Translations under genes and position numbers: made by a program
Part shown: piece after piece, positions 48,610 through 58,026 of the stretch
How positions within the stretch are numbered: the stretch's first letter is position 1
Layout: each line of letters starts with the position of its first letter
From: Gemmatimonadota bacterium
Lineage (GTDB): Bacteria; Gemmatimonadota; Gemmatimonadetes; Palauibacterales; Palauibacteraceae
Length of the DNA: 64,000 bases
Direction: 5' to 3'
Assembly (NCBI GenBank): GCA_039588275.1
Contig: JBDHAC010000003.1
Location: 32,001-96,000, forward strand
The notes under the pieces: model-generated
Database searches by the model: none
Told to the model about the DNA's origin: nothing
The model's input: only the letters and a program-made list of their open reading frames with translations

Positions 48610-48973
48610 CGGCTTGCGAGAGGAGTTCCACCAGCTCGTCCGCCTCGCGTCGCAGGTCGCTGATCGTCTCGGAGTCCCACGCGACCCGGGCGACCTTGTT
48701 CAGCTGCCCCTCTCGGCGTAGCTGCTCGAGCTTGAGACGAGCGCCTTCGATAGTATATCGCTCGGTGTACAGCAGGTGACGGAGGAGCTGGATGAGCTTG
48801 ATCTCCTTCCGCCTGTAGACGCGGTTCCCGGCCTGGTTCTTGGAGGGGCGCAGAACGGAGAACTGACCCTCCCAATAGCGCAGGACGTGTGGCTTCAGGT
48901 CTGCGATCTCGCAGACTTCACCGATCGAGTAGTATTCCTTCTCGGCGATCCGGTCGGACAACTCTAGCTCCAA
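48599..48973 (-). CDS. MerR family HTH regulator
   Basis: YYSIGEV......KPHVLRYWE..F..LRP.K...GNRVY, LLY.ERYTIEGA. Confidence 0.9.
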   Translation of the reverse strand: MELELSDRIAEKEYYSIGEVCEIADLKPHVLRYWEGQFSVLRPSKNQAGNRVYRRKEIKLIQLLRHLLYTERYTIEGARLKLEQLRREGQLNKVARVAWDSETISDLRREADELVELLSQADAG

Positions 48974-49974
48974 CGTTCGGGTTTCGGCTCGCGGGCCATC
49001 AGACGCGCCAACGCCTCGCGTGGCTCCACGCCCTCGTACAGGATCGAATATACGCCCTCGACGAGCGGCATCTCCACGCCTAGCCGCCCCGCGAGCTCAT
49101 GTGCCGCTTTCGTGGTTCGGACCCCCTCCACCACTTGCTCCATCTCCGCGAGCACGTCATCGAGCGAGCGTCCACCGCCGATCGCCACGCCGACCGTGCG
49201 GTTTCGACTCAGGTCACCGGTGCACGTGAGCACGAGATCTCCGAGTCCGGCCAGACCGGCCAGCGTAGTCTCTTCCGCGCCGAAGCGCCCGGCTAACCGC
49301 GTGATCTCGGCCAACCCACGGGTGATGAGGGCCGCCCGCGCGTTGCTTCCGAGTTGAAGGCCATCCGAGATCCCCGCGGCGAGCGCGATGATGTTCTTCA
49401 GCGAGCCCCCGAACTCGACACCGACGACATCCGACTGCGTGTACACCCGCAGATACGGGTTCTGGAACAGTCGTTGTACCTCCCCGGCGCTCTCCGCGCT
49501 ACTGGCCGCGGCGACGACGGCCGTCGGCAATCGGCGCAGAAGCTCGTTCGCGAAGCTGGGTCCCGAGAACACGACGATCTTGTTCTCAATCGCCGGCCCG
49601 AGCACCTCGGCGATCACCTCGGACATCCGCATGTCCGTACCGATCTCGATTCCTTTGGCCGCGCTGATCAGGATCGGGTTGTCGAGGTGAGGCGACGCCG
49701 CTTCCGTGACTTCGCGCACCGCGTGAGACGGGCACGCCAGGAGGACGCACTCCGCCCCGTCGAGAACCTCCTGGAGGTCCGTCGTTGCCGTCAACGACTC
49801 CGCGAGCGTCACGCCCGGCAGGTACTTCGCGTTGGTGGACCGCTCGCGAATCTCGCTCGCGATGGCGGAGCCTCGGGCCCATATACAGGTCCCGTGGCCG
49901 TTGCGTGCCAGCACGTCCGCGAGGGCGGTACCCCAGCTCCCCCCACCGAGCACGCCGATCCTGCGCGGATTCAC
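48964..49974 (-). CDS. gpsA: NAD(P)H-dependent glycerol-3-phosphate dehydrogenase
   Basis: GGGSWGTALA, SGPSFA, GGSLKNIIA.A.G, GLAGLGDLVLTC...SRN; GTG at 49974. Confidence 0.96.
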   Translation of the reverse strand: MNPRRIGVLGGGSWGTALADVLARNGHGTCIWARGSAIASEIRERSTNAKYLPGVTLAESLTATTDLQEVLDGAECVLLACPSHAVREVTEAASPHLDNPILISAAKGIEIGTDMRMSEVIAEVLGPAIENKIVVFSGPSFANELLRRLPTAVVAAASSAESAGEVQRLFQNPYLRVYTQSDVVGVEFGGSLKNIIALAAGISDGLQLGSNARAALITRGLAEITRLAGRFGAEETTLAGLAGLGDLVLTCTGDLSRNRTVGVAIGGGRSLDDVLAEMEQVVEGVRTTKAAHELAGRLGVEMPLVEGVYSILYEGVEPREALARLMAREPKPERWS

Positions 49975-50600
49975 GGCTTGCCCTCCTGGTCCGAGCGTTC
50001 GAGCGGACGGGGCCGGCGCAATTCGATCCTCATCTCCTCGCGGCGTATGAGGCGCAGAACGTTGATACGATGCGTCCACCATACGACCCCCGCCAGCAGA
50101 AGGGCATACAGAACCGTGTGGCTCGGTGCGGCCGCGGCCCGGGCGAGCGGCGCCACGAGCGTGGCCGCGATTAGCGATGCGAGGGATGCGAGGCGCGTCA
50201 AGAGAAGCATCCCCACCCACACGAACGCGGCGATGAGCGCGGCCACCGGTGCCAGGGCGACCAGGGTCCCCGCGGCCGTGGCGACCCCCTTTCCGCCGCG
50301 GAATCTCGTGTACACCGGCCAGACGTGACCGACGATGGCCGCCATGCCATAGGCCAGCTCCCAGGCGCCGGCGCGGCCATCCCACTGAGGAAGGAACCAG
50401 ACCGGCACGAAGCCCTTGAGCAGATCGATCGCCAGCACGGCCACGGCCGGCTTCAGGCCGATCACCCGGTAAACGTTGGTTCCGCCGAGGTTTCCACTCC
50501 CTTCCCGACGCAGGTCGACACCGTACAGGCGGCCGACGAAATGGCTGGTGGGGAGCGCACCGACAAGGTACGCGAGAGCCAGGAAGACGTACGGCGTCAT
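49971..50600 (-). CDS. plsY: Glycerol-3-phosphate acyltransferase PlsY
   Basis: GSGNLGGTNVYR, DLLKG, GHVWP...F.GGKGVAT, H..N..RL; ATG at 50600. Confidence 0.95.
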   Translation of the reverse strand: MTPYVFLALAYLVGALPTSHFVGRLYGVDLRREGSGNLGGTNVYRVIGLKPAVAVLAIDLLKGFVPVWFLPQWDGRAGAWELAYGMAAIVGHVWPVYTRFRGGKGVATAAGTLVALAPVAALIAAFVWVGMLLLTRLASLASLIAATLVAPLARAAAAPSHTVLYALLLAGVVWWTHRINVLRLIRREEMRIELRRPRPLERSDQEGKP

Positions 50601-51961
50601 CCGCGCCCGCTTCGCTTCTTGAGCTTGATCCGGAGCGGGCTCCCCTCGAACCCCCACGCGGTCCGAAACCCCGCCTTCAGGTAGCGCACGTAGTTCTCCT
50701 TCACGTCCTGCGGGCGATTCGACCACAGGACGAAGAGCGGCGGAGCCGTGGCTACCTGGCTACCGTAGAGCAAGCGGACATCCCCTCGCGCGCCCTGAGG
50801 AGGCTGTTGCCGCGCCACGAGCTCTTCGAGCACTCGATTCACCTCCGCGGTCGGGATGCGCACGCGTCGATTCTCTTGTACGCGGCGGGCGATTTCAAGC
50901 ACCCGCCGCACCCGCTGCCCCGTCTTGGCCGATGTGGTCACGATCGGGACCCAGCGAAGATAATGTGCGCGCTCTCGCAGGTCGCGCTCGAAGCTGGCCA
51001 GAGCCTGCGGTCCACGGTCCTCGATCAGGTCCCATTTATTGGCCACGAAGACCAGCCCACAGCCGCCATCCCAGGCGGAATGGCCGATGCGGAAGTCCTG
51101 GTTCGCGGCTCCTGCCCGGGCATCGATGAGCTGGAGGCACACGTCGGCACGGCGAATCGCCGTGGTAGCGCGCAGGCGACCGTAGAACTCGACCTCGTCC
51201 TCGACACGAGCCCGCCGCCTCAAGCCGGCCGTGTCGATGAGGCAGATGCGAGTCCCATCCAGCTCGAGATACGTGTCGATCGCATCTCGCGTCGTCCCGG
51301 CCTCCTCGTGAACGATGACCCGCTCCTCGCCGAGCAGCATGTTCACGAAGCTCGATTTGCCCACGTTCGGCCGCCCGATCACGGCCAATCGGAGATCCAC
51401 ATCGGGCGCATCTTCGGTCGGGAGCTCGGGGAGAGCCGCCACGACCTGATCCAGCAAGTCGCCGCTTCCCTTCCCGCTCTGGGCGGATAAAGCGATCGGC
51501 GAGCCAAGACCGAGCTCGAAGAACTCGTAGTGCTCAACCGACCCGGCGAGCTCGTCCACCTTGTTGGCGGCGAGGATCGTGGGGCGGTTCGAACGGCGCA
51601 ACAGCTCGGCCACGTGCCGATCCAGAGGGTGCACCCCGGCTCGAGCGTCAACCATGAAGACGATCGCATCCGAATGCTCCACGGCCGCCAGCACCTGCGC
51701 CCGAACCTCGCGATCCATTCGCTCGTCGGGCGACTCCACTATGCCACCCGTGTCGATCAGCAGGAACGGCCGCCCATCCCATTCGGCTTCCGCGAATTGC
51801 CGGTCGCGCGTCACTCCAGGGCGCTCGGCGACGATCGCGATGCGCTGCCCCAAGATCCGGTTGAAGAGCGTGGACTTCCCGACGTTGGGGCGGCCCACGA
51901 TCGCCACCGTGGGGAGAGCTACTCCCGATTCAGAACGTCTATGACGTTGTCCGACGGCCAT
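50597..51961 (-). CDS. der: Ribosome biogenesis GTPase Der (EngA)
   Basis: Two GTPase domains (GRPNVGKS twice, DTGG/DTAG, NKVD/NKWD) and a KH-like C-terminus. Confidence 0.97.
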   Translation of the reverse strand: MAVGQRHRRSESGVALPTVAIVGRPNVGKSTLFNRILGQRIAIVAERPGVTRDRQFAEAEWDGRPFLLIDTGGIVESPDERMDREVRAQVLAAVEHSDAIVFMVDARAGVHPLDRHVAELLRRSNRPTILAANKVDELAGSVEHYEFFELGLGSPIALSAQSGKGSGDLLDQVVAALPELPTEDAPDVDLRLAVIGRPNVGKSSFVNMLLGEERVIVHEEAGTTRDAIDTYLELDGTRICLIDTAGLRRRARVEDEVEFYGRLRATTAIRRADVCLQLIDARAGAANQDFRIGHSAWDGGCGLVFVANKWDLIEDRGPQALASFERDLRERAHYLRWVPIVTTSAKTGQRVRRVLEIARRVQENRRVRIPTAEVNRVLEELVARQQPPQGARGDVRLLYGSQVATAPPLFVLWSNRPQDVKENYVRYLKAGFRTAWGFEGSPLRIKLKKRSGRG

Positions 51962-53196
51962 ATCTCGAGCCTCGGCAGCGCCGCCCGTAGGTCATCGAGC
52001 GACATGTCGTCCAGGAAGAGATCGTCCTCGTTTAGCGCGTTGCGGCTGATGAGCGCCACGTCCCGGTCCGCAAACCGGCGCAGAGCCGTCAAGTGATCCG
52101 CTCCCGGCAGAAGGCCGGCGGTCGTGACCATCGGCCCATACAGCGTGTTGGGCACCGCGCACGCCGTGATCTCGGCCCCGCAGGCATCCGCGATCTCGTC
52201 CGCCAGCCTCGTCAACGACGGCGCCATGGAGGTGCCGGTGATGAGCACGATCCGTGTCCCGTCCAATCTCGGAAGACCCTCCAGCCCCTCACGCACCGAG
52301 TCGCGCAAGAACGAGATCGCGCCTACGCCGTTGCTCTCCAGTTCGAGGTTGTCAAAGTACTCCCGGCCCGGTGGTTCGAGGCCAGCCTGCAGGAACAGCT
52401 CGTCGGCGGCGTAACACCAACCGAAGCCGCGCTCGCTACGAGCGGTGTCTCGGACCACGTCGATTCGCCTCAGCGTCTCCACACATTCGGCCGCGGTCAA
52501 GGGGCGGACGCCGCGGTCCCGATTGTGGGCCGTCAGCCCGACGGGCACGACCGAGAGAGACGCGATGGCGTCACCACGTGCATAGAGATCGGAGATCGTC
52601 CGCTCCAACACCGCGCCGTCATTCACTTCGGGACACAATACGATCTGGGCATGGACTGCCACTCCGCCAGCCCACAGTCGATCCAGGTGCTCGCCGATGT
52701 CCGCCGAGCGCGGGTTCTTGAGCATGCTCAGCCGCGCATCGGGGTCGGTCGCATGAACGCTCACGTACAAGGGTGACAACCGCTGCTCGAAGATCCGCTC
52801 CCAATCGGGCTCTCGCAGATTGGTGAGCGTTACGTAGTGCCCGAACAGAAACGACAGACGATAATCGTCGTCCTTCACGTACAGGGCCGGCCGTAGCGTG
52901 CGCGCCTTCGGGTTCCCCTTCACGAAACAGAACGGGCACGCGTTGGTGCAGCGGCGCACCTTGTCCGGCTCCGGCACCAGACCGAGGGGCTCATCGGGCT
53001 CCTTCGCGATGTCGTACACGAGCCGTCCGCCGCCCGGCGTCTCGACCTCGAGCTCGACGTGGTCTTCCGCCTGGTAGAACAGCAGATCGAGGCCGTCCCT
53101 CAACTCGTGATCGTTGATACGGAGCAGCAGGGTCCCCGGACGGATGTCCAACTCCGTGGCGATCGAGTCGGGCTTCACCTTCGCGACACGGATCAT
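51919..53196 (-). CDS. DUF512 family PDZ / radical-SAM-like Fe-S protein
   Basis: N-terminal PDZ-like region, CTNACPFC, LYVKDDDYRLSFL.G.YVTLTN, SVVPVGLT, ADELF. Confidence 0.88.
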   Translation of the reverse strand: MIRVAKVKPDSIATELDIRPGTLLLRINDHELRDGLDLLFYQAEDHVELEVETPGGGRLVYDIAKEPDEPLGLVPEPDKVRRCTNACPFCFVKGNPKARTLRPALYVKDDDYRLSFLFGHYVTLTNLREPDWERIFEQRLSPLYVSVHATDPDARLSMLKNPRSADIGEHLDRLWAGGVAVHAQIVLCPEVNDGAVLERTISDLYARGDAIASLSVVPVGLTAHNRDRGVRPLTAAECVETLRRIDVVRDTARSERGFGWCYAADELFLQAGLEPPGREYFDNLELESNGVGAISFLRDSVREGLEGLPRLDGTRIVLITGTSMAPSLTRLADEIADACGAEITACAVPNTLYGPMVTTAGLLPGADHLTALRRFADRDVALISRNALNEDDLFLDDMSLDDLRAALPRLEIWPSDNVIDVLNRE

Positions 53197-53223
53197 CCGT
53201 GCGGTTCCCCCCTGAGTCGGACG

Positions 53224-53688
53224 TCAACCACTCTCTTCTCGGGACTCGAAGTCGGCCTCGGCGAGGGCATGACGCGCGCGGGCGTACTGGTACGCCGGAA
53301 CCAGGACCCGAACGATCGCGAGTCCGCCCACCCCGACCACGTTCGCGTGATCCGTTTGGGAGAGTACCTGCGCATCGAGGCCGGAAGCCCGGAGCACGCC
53401 GGCGATCACCTCGGCGCGCAGCTCGTCCTTCGGACGGTCGATCTCCGCCCACCCCTGCAGTATGCGGATGCCCGCGTGTGTCCCGCAGAGACTCGCGTGC
53501 TTGTCGCCCTGATCGCAGTGATCGCACACCGCCGCTCCGCACACGGCGCAGGCGCGGGATGCCACGGTGCTGGGGTGCGAGCTACAGGCTTGCGGCTGAC
53601 GGAGGGTTCCGCACCAACCACATCGGGAGAGAGAGGACCGCCACCCCCTCCCGCAGCGCGGGCAGCTGTTCGCGTGACTGGCGTCCAC
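53224..53688 (-). CDS. Hypothetical zinc-finger protein with DUF2007-like C-terminus
   Basis: CPRC..CGWC; C..HP......C..C....C..C......C..H (B-box-like); AEVIAGVLRASGL.A....VRVLVP...Y.RA. Confidence 0.6.
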   Translation of the reverse strand: MDASHANSCPRCGRGWRSSLSRCGWCGTLRQPQACSSHPSTVASRACAVCGAAVCDHCDQGDKHASLCGTHAGIRILQGWAEIDRPKDELRAEVIAGVLRASGLDAQVLSQTDHANVVGVGGLAIVRVLVPAYQYARARHALAEADFESREESG

Positions 53689-53743
53689 CTAGCGGCGACC
53701 TGCTAGGTGGACGCTGGCCTGTGAGGCGTGGGAGCGAGCGCCC

Positions 53744-55105
53744 TCAGGAGCCGCTCTTCCTGTACCGGAACCCCATGATCGGCTCGCTGACCGTCACGTT
53801 CAGCTCGAACCGCTCGCGGGACTCGGGCGCCGGTGCCGGTCTGGACAGCATCTCGGTAGCGATCACCTGGCCGTCTGCCCCGATGAACTCGAACGGGATC
53901 TGGATGGCGCCTCCCGCCGCTCGCGCCTCCAGGACGCCGCGGACCACGTAGCTTCCCTCCTCGACCTCGGCGATCTGGACGGCGTGAAACACGATCTCGG
54001 TGTTCTCCCCATCCTGGAGAATCTGCATCGCCTGTCGATCGTCGTTGTTCTGCGCCACGGCGCTGGCATACAGCTGGTAGTTCGCCGCGTCGTACGGGTA
54101 CCATGTGATCAGGGTATCGGCGAGCGCGAGAATCGGGTCGGATGCATCGTCGGCCTGCACGGAGGCGTTCACGTAGTTCTCCATCGCCTCCTTGTTGTAG
54201 GGGTTCTGCGCCCGGGCATTGGCGAATGCTTCCGTCGCGCGCGCGTAATCTCCCGAGTTGTACAAGCCTACACCCACCTGGACCCATAGCTCGGCATCTA
54301 GATCGGTCCGTGACATGACGTCGGCGAAGATCGCGGACGCCTCCTCGCCCTGGCCGGTGTCCGAGAGAGCAATCGCGTAGTTCACGCGCACCGCCACGTC
54401 CTCGGGGAACTGTGCCAGATACGATTCGAAGGCTGAAGCCGCCTCCTCCTGACGGCCGTTGGCGAGGAGGAGATCGCCCAGCCCGGTGAGCGCCTGCCGG
54501 ACCTGGTCTTGCTCCCCGCCCGCGTCGAGGCCTGCACGGTAGATCTCGATCGCCTTCTCCTCGTTCCCCTGCTCCAGATAAAGCAGGGCCGTGTTGTTGA
54601 AGGCGCGGATGTCCTCGTACACGATGTTGGCCAGCTCGAAATGACCCAGGGCACCCTCGGTATCGCCTCCCTGGTACGCCTCGATGGCTTCGTTGTAGAT
54701 GTTCACCCACGCGTTGTAGCGCGTGTCGGAGGCCACCTGGCCGCATTCGGGCGCGATCTCGATGAACTTGTTCAGGAGGCCGTGCGCCGCCAGATAATCC
54801 TTGAGCCCGATCTGGGCGTTGGCGGCCAACAGGAAGACGGCCGGGTCGTCAGTATCCAACCAAGGCTCAAGAGCAGCCAGCGCCTCGGCGTATCCCCGCT
54901 CGGCGTCCTCCGGGCTCTCGGCGGCTTGGGCTCTCTGCAGGGCGGCCGCGCCGTCGTTGGTCGTCCTGCTCCCGGTGAGCTGACACTCCTGCGCCTGCTC
55001 TTGCTCCTGTGCCAGGGCGGCCGCGGGGAGCACCAGAAGCCATAGCGCTCCGACGCACAGCCGGCGCCGAACGTCAGCGCCCAAGAGAGTCTGTCGCATC
55101 TTCAT
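53744..55105 (-). CDS. Secreted tetratricopeptide repeat protein
   Basis: Signal peptide (...ALA/QE), multiple TPRs, beta-rich C-terminus; ATG at 55105. Confidence 0.8.
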   Translation of the reverse strand: MKMRQTLLGADVRRRLCVGALWLLVLPAAALAQEQEQAQECQLTGSRTTNDGAAALQRAQAAESPEDAERGYAEALAALEPWLDTDDPAVFLLAANAQIGLKDYLAAHGLLNKFIEIAPECGQVASDTRYNAWVNIYNEAIEAYQGGDTEGALGHFELANIVYEDIRAFNNTALLYLEQGNEEKAIEIYRAGLDAGGEQDQVRQALTGLGDLLLANGRQEEAASAFESYLAQFPEDVAVRVNYAIALSDTGQGEEASAIFADVMSRTDLDAELWVQVGVGLYNSGDYARATEAFANARAQNPYNKEAMENYVNASVQADDASDPILALADTLITWYPYDAANYQLYASAVAQNNDDRQAMQILQDGENTEIVFHAVQIAEVEEGSYVVRGVLEARAAGGAIQIPFEFIGADGQVIATEMLSRPAPAPESRERFELNVTVSEPIMGFRYRKSGS

Positions 55106-55445
55106 TTGCGTCCTGATCTGCAGATTCCAGTTTCCGAAAGCTAGCGTCGGTCGCGCGATCCCGCACGACCGCGAGCCGTAACGTTCCCCCGGCTGAAAGC
55201 CGACTGAAAACCCCCGCACCGCCCACACTTGAGACGATGAGTCGGTCCGCTCCTTAGGACGATAATCCGTCCGCTCGAGTCACATTCAGGCCCCCGGGCG
55301 GAGCCGTCGGCGTCCCTCGTCGCGGAGTCCCGGATGGGGCCCCGATGACCACGTCGATCAGGTACCCTGCGCGCGGGCTCGCGGTCCGCTGGGCCTGTCC
55401 GACCGGAGCCCGCGACACCGCGATCGGCCCGCTGTCAGCCCCGGC

Positions 55446-56585
55446 CTAGTACGTGAGGAGATGTGCCGTGTTGAACAGTACGACGGTCTCCCCCGCCGCG
55501 AGCTCGCCGCATCGACGCAGGACGCGGGCGGCGGCGAGCGTGGCGCCCCCTTCGATCGCGGCACCGACGCCCGCGCGCCCGAGCGCTGCCGCGCCGGTCA
55601 CCATGTCGGCGTCGCTGACCGCCACGGCTCCGCCATCTGAGGCGCGCAAGGCGTCGAGGATGAGGAAGTCGCCCAGTGCTCCGGGAACCCGAAGCCCGAA
55701 GGCCTCGGTTCGGGCCCCCTCCCAAGGGACGGCCCTGTCAGCCCCCTCCTCCCAGGCCCGCACGATCGGGGCGCACCCATCGCTCTGTACCGCGTACAGG
55801 CGCGTCGACGTGTCCGCGAGACCCAGCGTCTGGAGCTCGTTCAGCACCTTCCAACTGCCGATCAGGCCCGTCCCGCCCCCGGTCGGATAGACGATCGCGT
55901 CGGGCGCTTGCCAGTCGAGCGCTTCAACGATCTCGAGCATCATCGTCTTCTTGCCTTCGATCCTGTACGGCTCCCGAAGGGTCGAGACGTTGAAAGCGCC
56001 GGTCTCCGAGGCGAACTCCTGGGAGAGCCGGCCGCACTCGTCGATCAGGCCGTCGACTCGCTCGATCTCGGCTCCGTAATGCTCGCAGCGTCGTGCGACA
56101 CCGGGCGGTGTGTCGATCGGCATGAACAGCTTCGCTCTGACGTCTGCGCGGGCGGCGTATGCCGCGAGGGCAGCGCCCGCGTTCCCCGCGGTCGGCACGA
56201 CCAGTGCCTCGGCGCCCTCGAGGACGGCGCGCGTGACGGCAGCGGAGAGTCCGCGGTCCTTGAAGCTCCCGGTCGGATTCTGGCCTTCGTCCTTCACGAG
56301 CAGCCTGACGCCGCCCAACTCCTCTCCCAGCGCCCGCAGCTCCAGCAGCGGCGTCTGCCCCTCCCCGAGGCTGACCGGTCGCTCGCCATTAGACAGCGGG
56401 AGAAGTTCCCGAAAGCGCCACATGCTGCCCTGCCGCTCGGACCAGGCCGCCCGCAGCTCACCGCCGTCGTCGGCCTCGAGCTCGTAACGGACCAACAGCG
56501 GTTTCCCGCACGAACCGCACACGGTCGCCCCGCGTCGGTCCGCGGGCTCCCTGCAGGCCCCACACTCCAGGTGCCACTCAGCCAT
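55446..56585 (-). CDS. thrC: Threonine synthase (PLP fold type II)
   Basis: SLGEGQTPL, NPTGSFKDRG, TAGNAGAALAAYAA, EPYRIEGKKTM, YPTGGGTG. Confidence 0.88.
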   Translation of the reverse strand: MAEWHLECGACREPADRRGATVCGSCGKPLLVRYELEADDGGELRAAWSERQGSMWRFRELLPLSNGERPVSLGEGQTPLLELRALGEELGGVRLLVKDEGQNPTGSFKDRGLSAAVTRAVLEGAEALVVPTAGNAGAALAAYAARADVRAKLFMPIDTPPGVARRCEHYGAEIERVDGLIDECGRLSQEFASETGAFNVSTLREPYRIEGKKTMMLEIVEALDWQAPDAIVYPTGGGTGLIGSWKVLNELQTLGLADTSTRLYAVQSDGCAPIVRAWEEGADRAVPWEGARTEAFGLRVPGALGDFLILDALRASDGGAVAVSDADMVTGAAALGRAGVGAAIEGGATLAAARVLRRCGELAAGETVVLFNTAHLLTY

Positions 56586-58026
56586 CGCTCCTCTCCCCGG
56601 CCCCGGCGCCTTCGAGTCGGGCGAGAACCCGCTCTCGACCGAGCGCGTAGGCCACGTCTGCCAACTCCGGCCCCCGGAGTCTTCCGGTCAGGGCCACTCT
56701 GACGGGCTGGAAGAGTGAGCGTCCGCGGACTCCGGCCGACTCCCCGGCGGCTGCGAGCGACTGTTTCAGAACCCGCCGCTCCCAGGTCGAGGTGGTCCAG
56801 GCGTCGTGGGCGACACCCAGGGCGCGGTCCGCCTCCGGGTCGGCCAGTGCCGCCAAGGCATCCGGGCCATCACGCTCGGGCTCTCGGAACAGACCGATGA
56901 CCTCGTCGGCCGCTTGCGTGAGCAACTCGATTCGGTGTCCGATGACCTCGGCGCTCCTCTGCAGAGCCGCGGAGTCCAGCCCCAGCCCGGCCGGCTCCAC
57001 GTAGGGAACCAGGCGACGGGCCATCCGCTCCGGAGACTCCGCCCGCACGTGCTGCCCCGAGAGCCAGCGCATCTTCTTGAGGTCGAGAGCCGCGTCGGTG
57101 GCCCCGATTCGATCGAGATCGATTTCCGCGATCAGCTCCGGAATCCGAAGGAACTCCTCGCCGCTCGCCGATGACCAGGAAAGGAGCGACAGGTAGTTGA
57201 CCACCGCGTCGGGATGATATCCCTTCTCCCGAAAGCTCAGCACTCCTTCCGCGCCGGCTCGCTTGGAGAGCTTCCCACCTCCCTCCGCCAGCACGGTCGG
57301 AATGTGCACGAACTCGGGCGGCTCGACGCCCAACGCACGGTACAGGAGGATCTGCTTCGGGGTGTTGGACAGGTGGCCGACCCCGCGTATCACATGCGAG
57401 ATGCGCATCATGATGTCATCGACGGCCACGGCGAAGTTGTACGTCGGTCTGTCGTCCGCCCTCAGGAGGACCATGTCACCCAGGTCGGTTCCGTCGATTG
57501 CGAGCTCTCCCTTGAGACGATCCCGGAAGCTGACCGGTCCGGGCTCCACTCGCAGCCGGAGTGCGGGGGTGCGGCCCTCGTCGGCGAGATCCGCGGCCGC
57601 CGCGTCGGTCAGCGCCCGGCAGCGCTCGTCTCGTCCAGGGGGATCCCCGGCCGCGACGGCAGCCGTGCGGCGCGCGCCCAGCTCGTCCTCCGTGCAGTAG
57701 CAGCGGAAGGCGAGTCCCTCCTCGACCAGTCGGAGAGCGTGCTCCCGATAGATGGGGTAGCGCTCGCTCTGACGATACGGGCCGTAGGGACCCCCTCGTG
57801 CAGGGTCCTCATCCGGCTCGAGACCGAGCCAGGTCAAGCTATCGAGGATCGTGTCTTCGGCTCCCTCCACGTTCCGCGCCTCATCGGTGTCCTCGAAGCG
57901 GAGGACGAAGGCACCGCCGTGGTGACGGGTGAACAGCCAGTTGAGGATCGCCGTGCGCGCGTTGCCGAGGTGGAGCTCCCCCGTCGGACTGGGGGCGAAG
58001 CGGGTACGGACCGGGGACTCACCCAT
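56578..58026 (-). CDS. gltX: Glutamate--tRNA ligase
   Basis: RFAPSPTG.LHLGN, LRFEDTD, GPYRQSER, PTYNFA..VDD, KLSKR, anticodon-binding domain RVALTG. Confidence 0.95.
   Translation of the reverse strand: MGESPVRTRFAPSPTGELHLGNARTAILNWLFTRHHGGAFVLRFEDTDEARNVEGAEDTILDSLTWLGLEPDEDPARGGPYGPYRQSERYPIYREHALRLVEEGLAFRCYCTEDELGARRTAAVAAGDPPGRDERCRALTDAAAADLADEGRTPALRLRVEPGPVSFRDRLKGELAIDGTDLGDMVLLRADDRPTYNFAVAVDDIMMRISHVIRGVGHLSNTPKQILLYRALGVEPPEFVHIPTVLAEGGGKLSKRAGAEGVLSFREKGYHPDAVVNYLSLLSWSSASGEEFLRIPELIAEIDLDRIGATDAALDLKKMRWLSGQHVRAESPERMARRLVPYVEPAGLGLDSAALQRSAEVIGHRIELLTQAADEVIGLFREPERDGPDALAALADPEADRALGVAHDAWTTSTWERRVLKQSLAAAGESAGVRGRSLFQPVRVALTGRLRGPELADVAYALGRERVLARLEGAGAGERSDG

Noticed and set aside
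55106..55445. 340-bp intergenic region upstream of the TPR gene as a riboswitch or ncRNA
   Set aside because: It has GC-rich hairpins (e.g. near 55375-55411) but no riboswitch consensus I recognise.
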